64,000 nt of DNA from an uncultured Pelagibacteraceae bacterium (GTDB lineage Bacteria > Pseudomonadota > Alphaproteobacteria > Pelagibacterales > Pelagibacteraceae): NCBI GenBank assembly GCA_902583345.1, contig CACHVT010000004.1, positions 16,162-80,161 of the forward strand, read 5' to 3'. Under the pieces are notes generated by a model. It was not told where the DNA came from. It searched no databases and saw only the letters and a list, made by a program, of their open reading frames with translations. Made by a program: the position numbers and the translations under genes. Positions 34,854 to 45,626 of this stretch are shown here, one piece after another; positions within the stretch are counted from its first letter, which is position 1, and every line of letters starts with the position of its first letter.

Positions 34854-35369
34854 TCAAATTTTTCTTAATTTAGAAGATGAAATATTAACTTTCTTAAACT
34901 TAACAAATTCCAAATTCTTTTGTTTTAGGTGTTTAAAAGCCGTTGATTTTAAAGATTTAGTTTTGAAACCATGTCTATCAAAAACTAAAATATTACATTT
35001 TTGAGAAATCAATTTCCACTTATGCCATCTATGAAAATTTATTAGAATATCCGATCCTATTATAAAATAGATATTAACATTATTTTTTTTTTTAATATAA
35101 TTTAGCAAATTAATAGTTTTATTAGATTTAATTTTATCTTCATAATATCTAACTCTTATAAACTTTTTGGATTTTGATATTTTTTTTGATTGTCTAATTC
35201 TTTCTTCTAAATTTTTGCTACACCTTTTTTTAAAAGGATTTTGTTTTGTAATAGCCCAAATAATATTTCTTAATTTGAATTTTTTTTTTGCTTGAATAGA
35301 TATTGCAAGATGCCCTATGTGAGCAGGATCGAAACTACCACCTAATATTCCAATTTTTTTTATCGCCAA
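34854..35369 (-). CDS. nadD: Nicotinate-nucleotide adenylyltransferase
   Basis: GGSFDPAHIGH, NPFK, GSD and ISSS; TTG start. Confidence 0.93.
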   Translation of the reverse strand: MAIKKIGILGGSFDPAHIGHLAISIQAKKKFKLRNIIWAITKQNPFKKRCSKNLEERIRQSKKISKSKKFIRVRYYEDKIKSNKTINLLNYIKKKNNVNIYFIIGSDILINFHRWHKWKLISQKCNILVFDRHGFKTKSLKSTAFKHLKQKNLEFVKFKKVNISSSKLRKI

Positions 35370-35371
35370 TT

Positions 35372-36622
35372 TTATTTCCTAATGTTGCCTTTTCCAAGAA
35401 CCTCATATTTATAAGAGATTAGTTGATTTAAACCAACCGGACCTCTTGGCGGAAGATTATTTGTTGAAATTCCTACCTCACCTCCAAAGCCAAATTCACC
35501 TCCATCAGCAAACTGAGTTGAGGTATTATGCATAACAATAGAGCTGTTAACATCTCTCATAAATTTTAATGCAGTTTTTTTATTACTTGTGATGATAGAC
35601 TCTGTATGACTTGTACCATATTTATTGATATGTTTTATAGCTTCCTCACAACTATCAACACATTTAACCGAAACAGTAGCAGACAAATATTCGGTTGACC
35701 AATCTCTTTCTTTAGCAACATAAATTTTTCCTTTATAAAATTTTCTTAAAAAGCTATCTCCTATTATTTTACAACCATTATTATGTAAACTTTTTAAAAT
35801 TTCATTACAAAACTTTTTAACAATTTTTTTATGAAATAGAATAGTTTCAGTTGCTCCACATATACTTGTATTTCTTAATTTAGCATTATGAACAATTTTA
35901 TTTGCCATTTTCAAATTTGCATCTTTATCAACATAAGTATGACAAATGCCCTCCAAGTGACCAATTATTGGTATTTTAGAGACACTTTGAACTTTTTTAA
36001 TTAAGTTTTTGCCACCTCTTGGAATAATAACATCAATTTTATTTATCATCTTAGACAACATAAAATCTACTATTTTTCTATTTCGATCGTTTATAAATTG
36101 AACAAAGTTTGGATCTACTTTGTTAATTTTTAAGGCCTTTCTAAAAAGCGAAGATAGCATTCTATTAGTATTTATAGCTTCAGAGCCTCCCCTCAAAATA
36201 ACTGCATTTCCAGATTTAAAACATAAGCTTGAAACATCCGAAGTAACATTTGGCCTGCTTTCATAAATAACACCAATTATACCTATAGGAGTTGAAATTT
36301 TTCTTATTAACAATCCATTTGGTCTTTTCCATCTTTCTAGAACTTTATTAATTGGGTCTTCTAATTTTATAATATCTTTCACTGATTTTTTTATAGATTT
36401 TATTTTTTTTGAATCTAGCACCAGTCTTTCAATTAAATTTGATTTGATTTTTTTTTTATAGGCAAATTTAATATCTTTACTATTTTCTAGTAAAATTTTT
36501 TTTTTTTCTTTTTCGATTAAAAATATAAAACTTTTAAGAACATTATTTTTTGTAGTATAATTAACTTTTTTTTGAATGGCTTTTTTTGCTTTCTTCGCAA
36601 TCAATATAATATTTGATTTCAT
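35372..36622 (-). CDS. proA: Gamma-glutamyl phosphate reductase
   Basis: IYESRPNV, IPRGG, CGATET and RGPVGL. Confidence 0.96.
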   Translation of the reverse strand: MKSNIILIAKKAKKAIQKKVNYTTKNNVLKSFIFLIEKEKKKILLENSKDIKFAYKKKIKSNLIERLVLDSKKIKSIKKSVKDIIKLEDPINKVLERWKRPNGLLIRKISTPIGIIGVIYESRPNVTSDVSSLCFKSGNAVILRGGSEAINTNRMLSSLFRKALKINKVDPNFVQFINDRNRKIVDFMLSKMINKIDVIIPRGGKNLIKKVQSVSKIPIIGHLEGICHTYVDKDANLKMANKIVHNAKLRNTSICGATETILFHKKIVKKFCNEILKSLHNNGCKIIGDSFLRKFYKGKIYVAKERDWSTEYLSATVSVKCVDSCEEAIKHINKYGTSHTESIITSNKKTALKFMRDVNSSIVMHNTSTQFADGGEFGFGGEVGISTNNLPPRGPVGLNQLISYKYEVLGKGNIRK

Positions 36623-36623
36623 T

Positions 36624-37730
36624 TTATAATTCTACCATATCATCTTTATGGACCACTTCGGATTTAGAAATATATCCCAGTAAATTCTCTATTTCATTAG
36701 AGTGGTGTCCCATTATTTTAATAATTTCAAATGATGAAAATGAACTAAGACCCCTTGCGCATTCTTTGTAGTTTTTATCAATAATTTTAATATGATCACC
36801 TTTATTAAATTTTCCAATAACCTTTCTAATTCCTGCTGCTAACAAACTTTTCCCTTTTTTTAATGCTGACTTCGCACCATCATCAATTACTAACTCACCT
36901 TTAGGGGAAATCGAGCTTATTATCCATTTTTTTCTTGCATCTAATTTAGAAATTTTCGGCAAAAACCAAGTACAGTTATTTTCCTTTATTATTTTTTGAA
37001 TTGGTCTAAGTGATAATCCATTTGCTATAGCCATAGTACAACCTGATAATTGACAAACTTTTGCTGCATCTATTTTTGTTTTCATTCCCCCAGTTCCATG
37101 CTCACCTGTACTTTTAGTAGATATATTTTCAATATTTTTATCTATATTTTTAATTTCTTTTATTAACTCAGCATTTTTATTTATTTTTGGATTTTTAGTA
37201 TAAAGCCCATCGACATCTGACAGTAGTATCAATATATCAGCACTTGATATTTGTGCAACTCTTGAGGCAAGCCTATCATTATCTCCATACTTAATTTCTG
37301 TTGTTGCTGTTGTATCATTTTCATTAACAATTGGAACGAAACCTAAATCAAACAAGTTATCAAATGTTCTTTTTGCATTTAATGCCCTTCTTCTCTGCTC
37401 AGTATCATCTAAAGTCAAGAGGACTTGAGAAATATTGATTTTATTTTTATTGAAAGTTTTATTAAATAAGTTCATCAGTTCAATTTGACCAATTGATGCA
37501 ACTGCTTGACTTTTTTCTAATTTAAGGTTTTTTTTACTTAGATTTAATTTTTTACATCCCATTGCTATAGCTCCAGATGTTACAATAATAACTTTTTTAT
37601 TTTGCTTTAATAAATTTTTAATGTCTTTAGAAAACTCAAATAACCACTTATTTCTAATATTCTTTTTTTCGTCTATAAGCAATGAAGATCCAATTTTTAT
37701 TACAATTTTTTTTGAGTTTTTAAGATACAT
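36624..37730 (-). CDS. proB: Glutamate 5-kinase
   Basis: KIGSS, NEND, GDND.L, GTGGM.TK and a PUA domain. Confidence 0.97.
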   Translation of the reverse strand: MYLKNSKKIVIKIGSSLLIDEKKNIRNKWLFEFSKDIKNLLKQNKKVIIVTSGAIAMGCKKLNLSKKNLKLEKSQAVASIGQIELMNLFNKTFNKNKINISQVLLTLDDTEQRRRALNAKRTFDNLFDLGFVPIVNENDTTATTEIKYGDNDRLASRVAQISSADILILLSDVDGLYTKNPKINKNAELIKEIKNIDKNIENISTKSTGEHGTGGMKTKIDAAKVCQLSGCTMAIANGLSLRPIQKIIKENNCTWFLPKISKLDARKKWIISSISPKGELVIDDGAKSALKKGKSLLAAGIRKVIGKFNKGDHIKIIDKNYKECARGLSSFSSFEIIKIMGHHSNEIENLLGYISKSEVVHKDDMVEL

Positions 37731-38703
37731 AATTTAATAGTATTGCCTTAATATTTGAGACCGATTTTTTATTTAAAGTAGATAAAGTTGCAGTTTCTGA
37801 TTTTTTATTTTTGGTAAATTTTTTTACAATGTCTTTAATTTTTTTTTTTTCAATTAAATCAACTTTATTTAAGACTATAATTTCTCTTTTTTTTAAAAGA
37901 TCTTTGCTATAATTTTTAAGTTCATTTTTTACTTGGTTGTAAGAATTTTCTAAATTTTTTTCAGTAATATCTATCAAATGTAATAATGTCTTACATCTTT
38001 CTATGTGTTTCAAAAATTTAATACCTAAACCAACGCCTTTATGTGCACCTTCAATTAATCCAGGTATATCAGCGATAACTATTTCTTTATCATCATACAT
38101 AGCAACTCCTAAATTTGGATTTAAAGTAGTAAACTTATAATTTGCTATCTTAGGTGTTGCGCCAGTTATTGCTGACAATAAACTTGATTTTCCAGCGTTG
38201 GGAAGACCAATAATTCCAATATCTGCAATTGTTTTAAGCTGTAACCAAATTATAAACTCTTCTCCTTTTTTACCTTTTGTGAATTTTCTTGGAGCTCTGT
38301 TTGTAGAACTTTTAAATCTTACATTTCCAAGTCCTCCTTTTCCTCCACTTGCTACTACAAATTTATCATTCTGTTTTTTAAAATCATAAATTAAAGTTTT
38401 ATTATCCTCCTCAAATACTTGAGTTCCTAGCGGAACTTTTAATATCAAATCTTCTCCACCTCGCCCGGTCCTTTTTTTTCCAGCACCATCAGTTCCTCTT
38501 CCTGCCTTATGGTGTTGTTGATATCTATAATCAATTAAAGTATTAAGATTTCTCTCTGATTTTAAAATAACGGACCCTCCATTTCCTCCATCACCACCAT
38601 CTGGACCGCCAAATTCGATAAATTTTTCTCTTCTAAAGCTTGGAGAGCCATCTCCACCATCCCCTGCTTTAATATAAATTTTGACTTGATCTAGAAATTT
38701 CAT
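37720..38703 (-). CDS. obgE: Obg-family GTPase
   Basis: Gly-rich Obg fold, GLPNAGKS, DIPG and NKVD. Confidence 0.98.
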   Translation of the reverse strand: MKFLDQVKIYIKAGDGGDGSPSFRREKFIEFGGPDGGDGGNGGSVILKSERNLNTLIDYRYQQHHKAGRGTDGAGKKRTGRGGEDLILKVPLGTQVFEEDNKTLIYDFKKQNDKFVVASGGKGGLGNVRFKSSTNRAPRKFTKGKKGEEFIIWLQLKTIADIGIIGLPNAGKSSLLSAITGATPKIANYKFTTLNPNLGVAMYDDKEIVIADIPGLIEGAHKGVGLGIKFLKHIERCKTLLHLIDITEKNLENSYNQVKNELKNYSKDLLKKREIIVLNKVDLIEKKKIKDIVKKFTKNKKSETATLSTLNKKSVSNIKAILLNYVS

Positions 38704-38734
38704 AATACAACTCTTGTTAATTTGGTTGTACTGA

Positions 38735-38989
38735 TTAATTGGGTTTTACAGAAACAAAAGTTCTATCTGATTTAGTTTTTTTAAACTCTACTTTTCCTTT
38801 AACCAACGAAAATATTGAATGATCTTTACCCATTTTTACATGCTCTCCAGGAAAAATCTTTGTACCTCTTTGTCTAACAATAATATTACCTGGCAAAACA
38901 TACTGACCACCATATTTTTTAACACCAAGTCTTCTTCCTGCACTGTCACGTCCATTTCTTGATGATCCACCAGCTTTTTTAGTTGCCAT
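38735..38989 (-). CDS. rpmA: 50S ribosomal protein L27
   Basis: [21 protein letters not shown]. Confidence 0.98.
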   Translation of the reverse strand: MATKKAGGSSRNGRDSAGRRLGVKKYGGQYVLPGNIIVRQRGTKIFPGEHVKMGKDHSIFSLVKGKVEFKKTKSDRTFVSVKPN

Positions 38990-38999
38990 AAATTACCTT

Positions 39000-39404
39000 T
39001 TATTTTTTTTCCGTAGTAGATTTTTTAATTTCTTTTTTTTCATTAATTTTTTTCAATTTTTCAGCCTCAGATAATAATTTTCCATCTTTTGAAAAAATTT
39101 TATTTATTCTAATCAGAGAATATTGTTGTCTATGTCCATTTTTACTTCTTGAATTTTTTCTTCTTCTTTTTTTGAAGATAAGAACGGTTCTATTTTTTGA
39201 GTTTTTTATTAAATTAGCCTCAACTTTAGCACCACTAATTAAAGGTGTTCCAATTTCAATTTTACTATCATCTCCGTATGCTAAGACTTCATCAAAATTA
39301 ACTGTTGATGAAGGTTTAACTTCGTGGAGTTTTTCAACTTTAAGAATCTCTCCAGCTTTTACTTTATATTGTTTACCACCGGTTTGTATAACTGCGTAAG
39401 ACAT
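39000..39404 (-). CDS. rplU: 50S ribosomal protein L21 with basic C-terminal extension
   Basis: YAVIQTGGKQYKV and GHRQ. Confidence 0.97.
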   Translation of the reverse strand: MSYAVIQTGGKQYKVKAGEILKVEKLHEVKPSSTVNFDEVLAYGDDSKIEIGTPLISGAKVEANLIKNSKNRTVLIFKKRRRKNSRSKNGHRQQYSLIRINKIFSKDGKLLSEAEKLKKINEKKEIKKSTTEKK

Positions 39405-39430
39405 TGTATATCTAAAATTTTATAGTGAGC

Positions 39431-39459
39431 AATATAGTCTGAGACTTCTTTTAGTCAAG
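39431..39459 (-). promoter_or_regulatory. sigma70 promoter for rplU-rpmA
   Basis: Minus strand reads CTTGAC-N16-CTATAT. Confidence 0.5.
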
Positions 39460-39468
39460 TTTAATAAA

Positions 39469-40188
<720 letters not shown>

Positions 40189-40189
40189 T

Positions 40190-40786
40190 TTACTTTTCTA
40201 TCAAAAAAATTCCTAATTCAGATGATAAATTTTTCCAATTTAAATTATAATTATTAATTTCAAATGTTCTTTCCCCATGCAAAGCCAATGATTTATACAA
40301 CTTTATTTTTTTTTTTGAGCAGAAATTGAAAAAGTCTTTGATTGTGCACATATGTAAATTTGGAGTATTGTACCATTCATCTGGAAGATTTTTAGTTATA
40401 GGCATTGTTCCTTTAACTAAAAGGTCTAGTCTTACTTTCCAAAAACCAAAATTCGGGATTGTTATAATTGCTTTATCTGCAACATTCAAAAGATTATCTA
40501 TAACCTTTTCTGGATTATAAAATGCTTGTAAAGTTTGACTTAAAATAGCGTAATTGAATGAAGATTTTGGAAACTGTTTTAAATCCTCTTCAGCATTTCC
40601 TTCTATCACTGTAAGTCCCTTTGACACACATATTTGTACTTTATTTTTTGAAATTTCTAAGCCACGGGTATCAACATTTTTTTGATCTTTTAAGTATTTC
40701 ATTAATATTCCATCTCCACATCCTACATCAAGAACTCTGGTATTATTTTCTATTAATTCTGAAATTATTTGAAATTCTTTCTTCAT
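40190..40786 (-). CDS. metW: Methionine biosynthesis protein MetW
   Basis: VLDVGCGDG, LSQTLQA and WYNTPNLH; immediately after metX. Confidence 0.95.
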   Translation of the reverse strand: MKKEFQIISELIENNTRVLDVGCGDGILMKYLKDQKNVDTRGLEISKNKVQICVSKGLTVIEGNAEEDLKQFPKSSFNYAILSQTLQAFYNPEKVIDNLLNVADKAIITIPNFGFWKVRLDLLVKGTMPITKNLPDEWYNTPNLHMCTIKDFFNFCSKKKIKLYKSLALHGERTFEINNYNLNWKNLSSELGIFLIEK

Positions 40787-40791
40787 ATTTA

Positions 40792-41901
40792 TTAATAATT
40801 AGCCTCTAAAAAGTTTTTTACAGTTTTTAAAAATTCTGGCACATCTAAAAGAAAAGAATCATGTCCTTTATCACTTATTATTTCTATAAAACCTACTTCA
40901 ACACCCGCTACATTTAGGGCAATTACGATTTCTTTATTCTCTGCAGTTGGATATAACCAATCGGAAGTGAAAGAAATAATAAAAAATTTCGTTCTAGATT
41001 TTTCAAAGGCCTTTGATAAATTTCCATCATATTGTTTTACAAGATCAAAATAGTCCATTGCTCTCGTTATATATAGGTAACTGTTTGCATCAAATCTATC
41101 AACAAAAATTGATCCTTGATATCTTAAATAGCTCTCAATTTGAAAGTCTGCATCAAAACTAAAATTTAAATCATCTTTTTCTTGAAGCTTCCTACCAAAT
41201 TTTTCTTGCAAACCTTTTTTTGAAAGATAAGTGATATGTGCAGCCATTCTTGCAACTGCTAGACCTTTGTCTGGCGTAGAATTTAAATATGAGTAATTAC
41301 CATTTTTCCAATTTGCATCAGCCATAATTGATTGTCTACCAAGTTCATTGAAGGCAATATTTTGTGCAGAGTGACTTGCAGTGCAAGCTATAGGAATTGC
41401 AGTTTTAGTTTTGTTAGGAAAATTAGCAACAAATTGAAGTACTTGCATTCCACCCATTGAACCACCGATTACGCTATGTAGTTTATCTATTTTAAAAAAA
41501 TCTAATAAGTTATGTTGAGCATTAACCATGTCATTAATTGTTATGACTGGAAAATCTGTTCCAAACTCTTTGTTTGTTTTTGGATTAATATTTCCTGGAC
41601 CAAAGGAACCCATGCAACCTCCAATAACATTAGCACAAATTACAAAAAATTTATTTGTATCTATTGCCTTTGATGGACCAACCAAATAGGACCACCATCC
41701 TTGTTTTTTAGTTATTGGATTTATGCCAGAAGCAAATTGATCTCCTGTTAAAGCGTGGAATGCTAAAACTGCATTATCTTTTTTTTCATTCAGTATTCCA
41801 TAAGTTTCATAAGCCAAAGGGTAGTCAACAATTGTTTCTCCACAATCTAACTTAAGAGGTTTTTTTATAATAATTTTTTTTATATTTTCTTTATTATTCA
41901 T
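40792..41901 (-). CDS. metX: Homoserine O-acyltransferase
   Basis: HALTG, GGSMGG, RFDANSY and GHDSFL. Confidence 0.96.
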   Translation of the reverse strand: MNNKENIKKIIIKKPLKLDCGETIVDYPLAYETYGILNEKKDNAVLAFHALTGDQFASGINPITKKQGWWSYLVGPSKAIDTNKFFVICANVIGGCMGSFGPGNINPKTNKEFGTDFPVITINDMVNAQHNLLDFFKIDKLHSVIGGSMGGMQVLQFVANFPNKTKTAIPIACTASHSAQNIAFNELGRQSIMADANWKNGNYSYLNSTPDKGLAVARMAAHITYLSKKGLQEKFGRKLQEKDDLNFSFDADFQIESYLRYQGSIFVDRFDANSYLYITRAMDYFDLVKQYDGNLSKAFEKSRTKFFIISFTSDWLYPTAENKEIVIALNVAGVEVGFIEIISDKGHDSFLLDVPEFLKTVKNFLEANY

Positions 41902-41936
41902 ATAATTGAGCCGATAGACGAATTGTGAGAAAAAAA

Positions 41937-41986
41937 CTTATTTAGCGGTTTTTTTTAAGCGCTCGCAATTCAGATAAATCAGCGCA
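41937..41986 (-). ncRNA. SAM-II riboswitch aptamer upstream of metX
   Basis: Minus strand GCGCUGAUUUAUCUGAAUUGCGAGCGCUUAAAAAAAACCGCUAAAUAAG. P1 is GCGCU/AGCGC, with conserved GAUUU...UUGC and a 3' GCUAAA pseudoknot strand, closely resembling the SAM-II consensus. Confidence 0.88.
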
Positions 41987-41991
41987 TATTT

Positions 41992-42020
41992 TTTTTACAA
42001 GATCACTTTCAATATGTCAA
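41992..42020 (-). promoter_or_regulatory. sigma70 promoter for the SAM-II/metX leader
   Basis: TTGACA(42020-15)-N17-TAAAAA(41997-92). The predicted +1 near 41985 coincides with the aptamer 5' end. Confidence 0.5.
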
Positions 42021-42096
42021 ATTTTTTGTCAAAAAAATCATTTATCTATAATTCTTGATTAATTTATTTATAAGGATAGTTATATAAAAAATTATA

Positions 42097-43179
42097 ATGT
42101 CTTTATTAAAATTTAAAAAAATAGAAATAGAAACCTATAAACCTGGTAAATCGAAGTTATATCGACTTAAAAATATAACCAAGTTATCGGCGAATGAATC
42201 TGCTTTGGGTGTAAGTAATTTAGTTAAAAAAGAAATTAATAAAAAAATAAAAATTTCTAGCTATCCTGATAGTAAGTCGAAAAGTTTAAGAATAAGTATT
42301 TCTAAAAAATTTAAATGTAAATTTGAAAATATTATTTGTGGGTCTGGATCAGATGAGATAATTCAAATTATTTGTACTTTATTTTTAAAACCAAAAGATG
42401 AAGTTGTAGTCCCACAATATAGTTTTTTAATGTACAGAATTTATGCAAAAATAGCTGGAGCAAAAATTATTTATGCTAATGAAAAAAATTTTAGAATTTC
42501 GGTCAATGAAATTTTAAAAAAAATATCAAAAAAAACAAAAATAGTTTTTCTAGCTAATCCCAATAATCCAACAGGGACATTTTTAGAAAAAAAAGAACTA
42601 ATTGAGTTAAGGAAGAAACTTAGAAAAAATATTTTACTTGTAGTTGACGATGCGTATGTGGAGTATATGAGAAATAAAAATTACGAGTCAGGGTTAAAAT
42701 TATTTAAAAACAAAAGCAATGTCTTAATTCTAAGAACTTTCTCAAAAATTTATGGTCTTGCATCACTAAGAATTGGGTGGGGGTATGGACCTAAAAATAT
42801 AATTGATGCAATGTATAAAATTAAACCTCCGTTTAATGTTAATACTAAGGCTGAAGTAGCTGCTACTGCAGCATTAAAAGATAATAATTTTATTAAAAAG
42901 TCTGTAGCGCATAATTTGTTTTGGGCAAAAAAACTAAAAAAAATATTTGAGTCTTATTCAATAAAAACAAATGAGGTATCAGCTAATTTTTTATTATTAA
43001 ATTTTAATAAATGTAAATTTTCAGCTTCATATATTAAAAACAATTTAGAAAATAACGGTATAATTCTAAGGGGTATGCAAGCCTATAAGATTAAAAATGC
43101 TTTAAGGTTAACAATTGGAAATACCGATGCTAATAATAAAGTGATAAAAAATTTTAAAAAAATATTTAGATCAAGATGA
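42097..43179 (+). CDS. hisC: Histidinol-phosphate aminotransferase
   Basis: KLSANE, GSDE, NPNNPTG, DDAY and RTFSKIYGLA.LRIG. Confidence 0.93.
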   Translation: MSLLKFKKIEIETYKPGKSKLYRLKNITKLSANESALGVSNLVKKEINKKIKISSYPDSKSKSLRISISKKFKCKFENIICGSGSDEIIQIICTLFLKPKDEVVVPQYSFLMYRIYAKIAGAKIIYANEKNFRISVNEILKKISKKTKIVFLANPNNPTGTFLEKKELIELRKKLRKNILLVVDDAYVEYMRNKNYESGLKLFKNKSNVLILRTFSKIYGLASLRIGWGYGPKNIIDAMYKIKPPFNVNTKAEVAATAALKDNNFIKKSVAHNLFWAKKLKKIFESYSIKTNEVSANFLLLNFNKCKFSASYIKNNLENNGIILRGMQAYKIKNALRLTIGNTDANNKVIKNFKKIFRSR

Positions 43180-44069
43180 AAAATATTCTTATAGTTGGAT
43201 GTGGTTTGATTGGGTCTTCTATCTTAAGGTCTATTAGTCAAAAAAGATTATTTAAAAATATTTTCGTTTTAGAAAAATCTAAAAAAAATATATCAGTATT
43301 AAAAAAATTAAAATTAAAGTGTAAAATAATAAGTAACTTAAAAAACATTTCTAATAATTTTGACCTAATAATTTTTTGTACACCAATGAGTCAATACTCG
43401 AATGTGATTTTGAAAATAAATCAATTTATTACTACTAAAACAATAGTTACTGACGTTGGATCAACTAAAGAACAAAGTTATAAAAATGTAAAAAAAATAT
43501 TAAAAAAAAATACTACGTGGATACCTTCTCACCCAATAACTGGATCTGAGGTAAGTGGACCAAAGTTTGGTAATAAAGATCTTTTTAAAAATAAATGGTG
43601 TATTTTAATTAAAGAGAATAAAGTTGATAAATCTAGATTGTCTAAACTCAGAAAATTCTGGGAAAAAATTGGATCAAAAGTAATTTTCATGAATTCTAAG
43701 CAGCATGATATAATTTTTTCAATTACTAGCCACTTACCACACTTAATTGCTTATAATTTAGTGAAAACAGCTACAGATTTTGAAAAACAAAAAAAATACA
43801 ATTTAATTAAATTTAGCGCAGGAGGATTGAGAGATTTTTCACGTATAGCAGCAAGTAACGAAATTATGTGGAGAGATATTTTTTTTAATAATAAAAAGAA
43901 TATGATTTCAGCTATTAATTTATTTATTAAAAATCTTAATTCATTTAAAACTGATATTAATCAAAAAAAAAACAAGCAAATCATTGAAAAATTAGTTAAT
44001 ACAAAAAAAGTTAGAAAAAAAATTATACAATTAAAACAAGATATAAATAAACCAGATTTTGGAAGATAA
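43176..44069 (+). CDS. tyrA: Prephenate/cyclohexadienyl dehydrogenase
   Basis: GCGLIG, DVGSTK, HPITG, SHLPH and RDFSRIA. Confidence 0.93.
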   Translation: MKNILIVGCGLIGSSILRSISQKRLFKNIFVLEKSKKNISVLKKLKLKCKIISNLKNISNNFDLIIFCTPMSQYSNVILKINQFITTKTIVTDVGSTKEQSYKNVKKILKKNTTWIPSHPITGSEVSGPKFGNKDLFKNKWCILIKENKVDKSRLSKLRKFWEKIGSKVIFMNSKQHDIIFSITSHLPHLIAYNLVKTATDFEKQKKYNLIKFSAGGLRDFSRIAASNEIMWRDIFFNNKKNMISAINLFIKNLNSFKTDINQKKNKQIIEKLVNTKKVRKKIIQLKQDINKPDFGR

Positions 44070-45626
44070 TTATTTTTTAATAGAGTTTTCTAAATCTCCA
44101 AGATAGTCATAATAATTTTTCCAGGATGCAACTGATGTTTTATAAATTGGCTGTCTTACTTGTGCTAAGCTAGCTGTAGATACAGAATTTTTGCTTTTAT
44201 AAAATTCAATACACCTCGAACTCCACTTTAAGTCACAGAAACTTAGTAATTTTTTAACACCATCCTCAAAATTTTCTGTCAAAGTTTCATACTTAATATT
44301 GAGTAAATTTTTTTCACCCGAAACTTTTTGCCAAAAAACCATATATTCTTCATATAAATTATAAAATTCACCTAGGTTTTTTAAACTATATGCAAATCCT
44401 AAATTTGAAGAGGAATAGTATTGTTTGTAGTTTGACCAACATATATCCATTGGATCTCGGTTACAATTTATAACGTATGCGTTAGGAAAAATTTTTTTAA
44501 TAAATCCGGCCCATTTAAAATTTAATGGAGCCTTATCAACTATATACTTTTCTGAATAGTTTAACTGATTTACTTTATCAATATAAAATTTCTGAACTTT
44601 CTTGAGTTTTTCAAACGAAATCAAACTAAAATCACAGTTACCAGGATTTATAAAAAATTCTTTATAAATAGCATCTGTTAAAAAAGTAAGCTCTCCAGCT
44701 CCAGCTACTTCTTCGTGTGCTGATAAAACTTGTTCGATCAAAGAGGTACCGGATCTCGGCATTCCAATTATAAAAATTATCTTTTTTTCTGAATTTATCT
44801 TCAAAGATAAACTATTAGTTTTTTCTTCAAAATTATTCTTTAAATTTTTAAGTATATTTTCATCTAACTTAAAACTGAATTTTAATAATTTATTTTTTAT
44901 ATCATTTCCTTCTTTAAAATTTAAAAAAGAATTCTTAAAATCTTTTGTATCATCAAAGGCTTTTCCTAAAGCAAAATGTAAATGCATTTTTTTTATTTCT
45001 GAGAGATTCTTATCATTAAGTTTATTTTTAATTATCTCTAAATCTTCATCATTTTTTTGAAATTTTTTTGTCATACTCATCAATCTATATATTTCTGTAT
45101 ATTCAGGATTTATACTTAATGATTTTTTATAGTGTTTATGACTATTTTTAAAATCTCCCAAAAATTGGTATATTGTTCCAATTGTATAATGTAAAAAATA
45201 ATCTTCAGGATAATATTTCAAGGCTATCTTTAAAATTTCAACAGCATCATTATTTAAATTTAGCTTTTCTTTTAGATTTGCTAAGTTAATTAGTGCATTA
45301 AGAAAATTAGGTTTTATTTTTAAGGCTCTATCAAAATATTCATTTGCTTTTTGATAATTTGCTAAATATCCATGAACTAAACCAAGATTGTTTAGCACAT
45401 GTATATTATTTTCGCCCAGCTTAATTGCACTATCAAGTATATTAAGTGATTCCTCAAATTGGCTAGTGTTCATTAAAGCCATTCCTAAAGCATTATAAAA
45501 AATATACTCATTTGGAAACTTTTTGATCAGAGATTTAGTTTTTGAAATTACCTCTTGAAATTTTTTCGCATTGAGTAAGTTTATTATTTTCTGTATTTCC
45601 TTTTTTTTAAATTCAATTTGATTCAT
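44070..45626 (-). CDS. TPR-repeat sulfotransferase-family protein
   Basis: N-terminal TPRs; PAPS-binding motifs GMPRSGTS and RDP.D...S; TAS..QVRQPIY. Confidence 0.9.
   Translation of the reverse strand: MNQIEFKKKEIQKIINLLNAKKFQEVISKTKSLIKKFPNEYIFYNALGMALMNTSQFEESLNILDSAIKLGENNIHVLNNLGLVHGYLANYQKANEYFDRALKIKPNFLNALINLANLKEKLNLNNDAVEILKIALKYYPEDYFLHYTIGTIYQFLGDFKNSHKHYKKSLSINPEYTEIYRLMSMTKKFQKNDEDLEIIKNKLNDKNLSEIKKMHLHFALGKAFDDTKDFKNSFLNFKEGNDIKNKLLKFSFKLDENILKNLKNNFEEKTNSLSLKINSEKKIIFIIGMPRSGTSLIEQVLSAHEEVAGAGELTFLTDAIYKEFFINPGNCDFSLISFEKLKKVQKFYIDKVNQLNYSEKYIVDKAPLNFKWAGFIKKIFPNAYVINCNRDPMDICWSNYKQYYSSSNLGFAYSLKNLGEFYNLYEEYMVFWQKVSGEKNLLNIKYETLTENFEDGVKKLLSFCDLKWSSRCIEFYKSKNSVSTASLAQVRQPIYKTSVASWKNYYDYLGDLENSIKK

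Noticed and set aside
42015-42032. TGTCAA direct repeat between metX and hisC as a transcription-factor site
   Set aside because: One copy is explained as the metX -35 box, and two hexamers are too little evidence.
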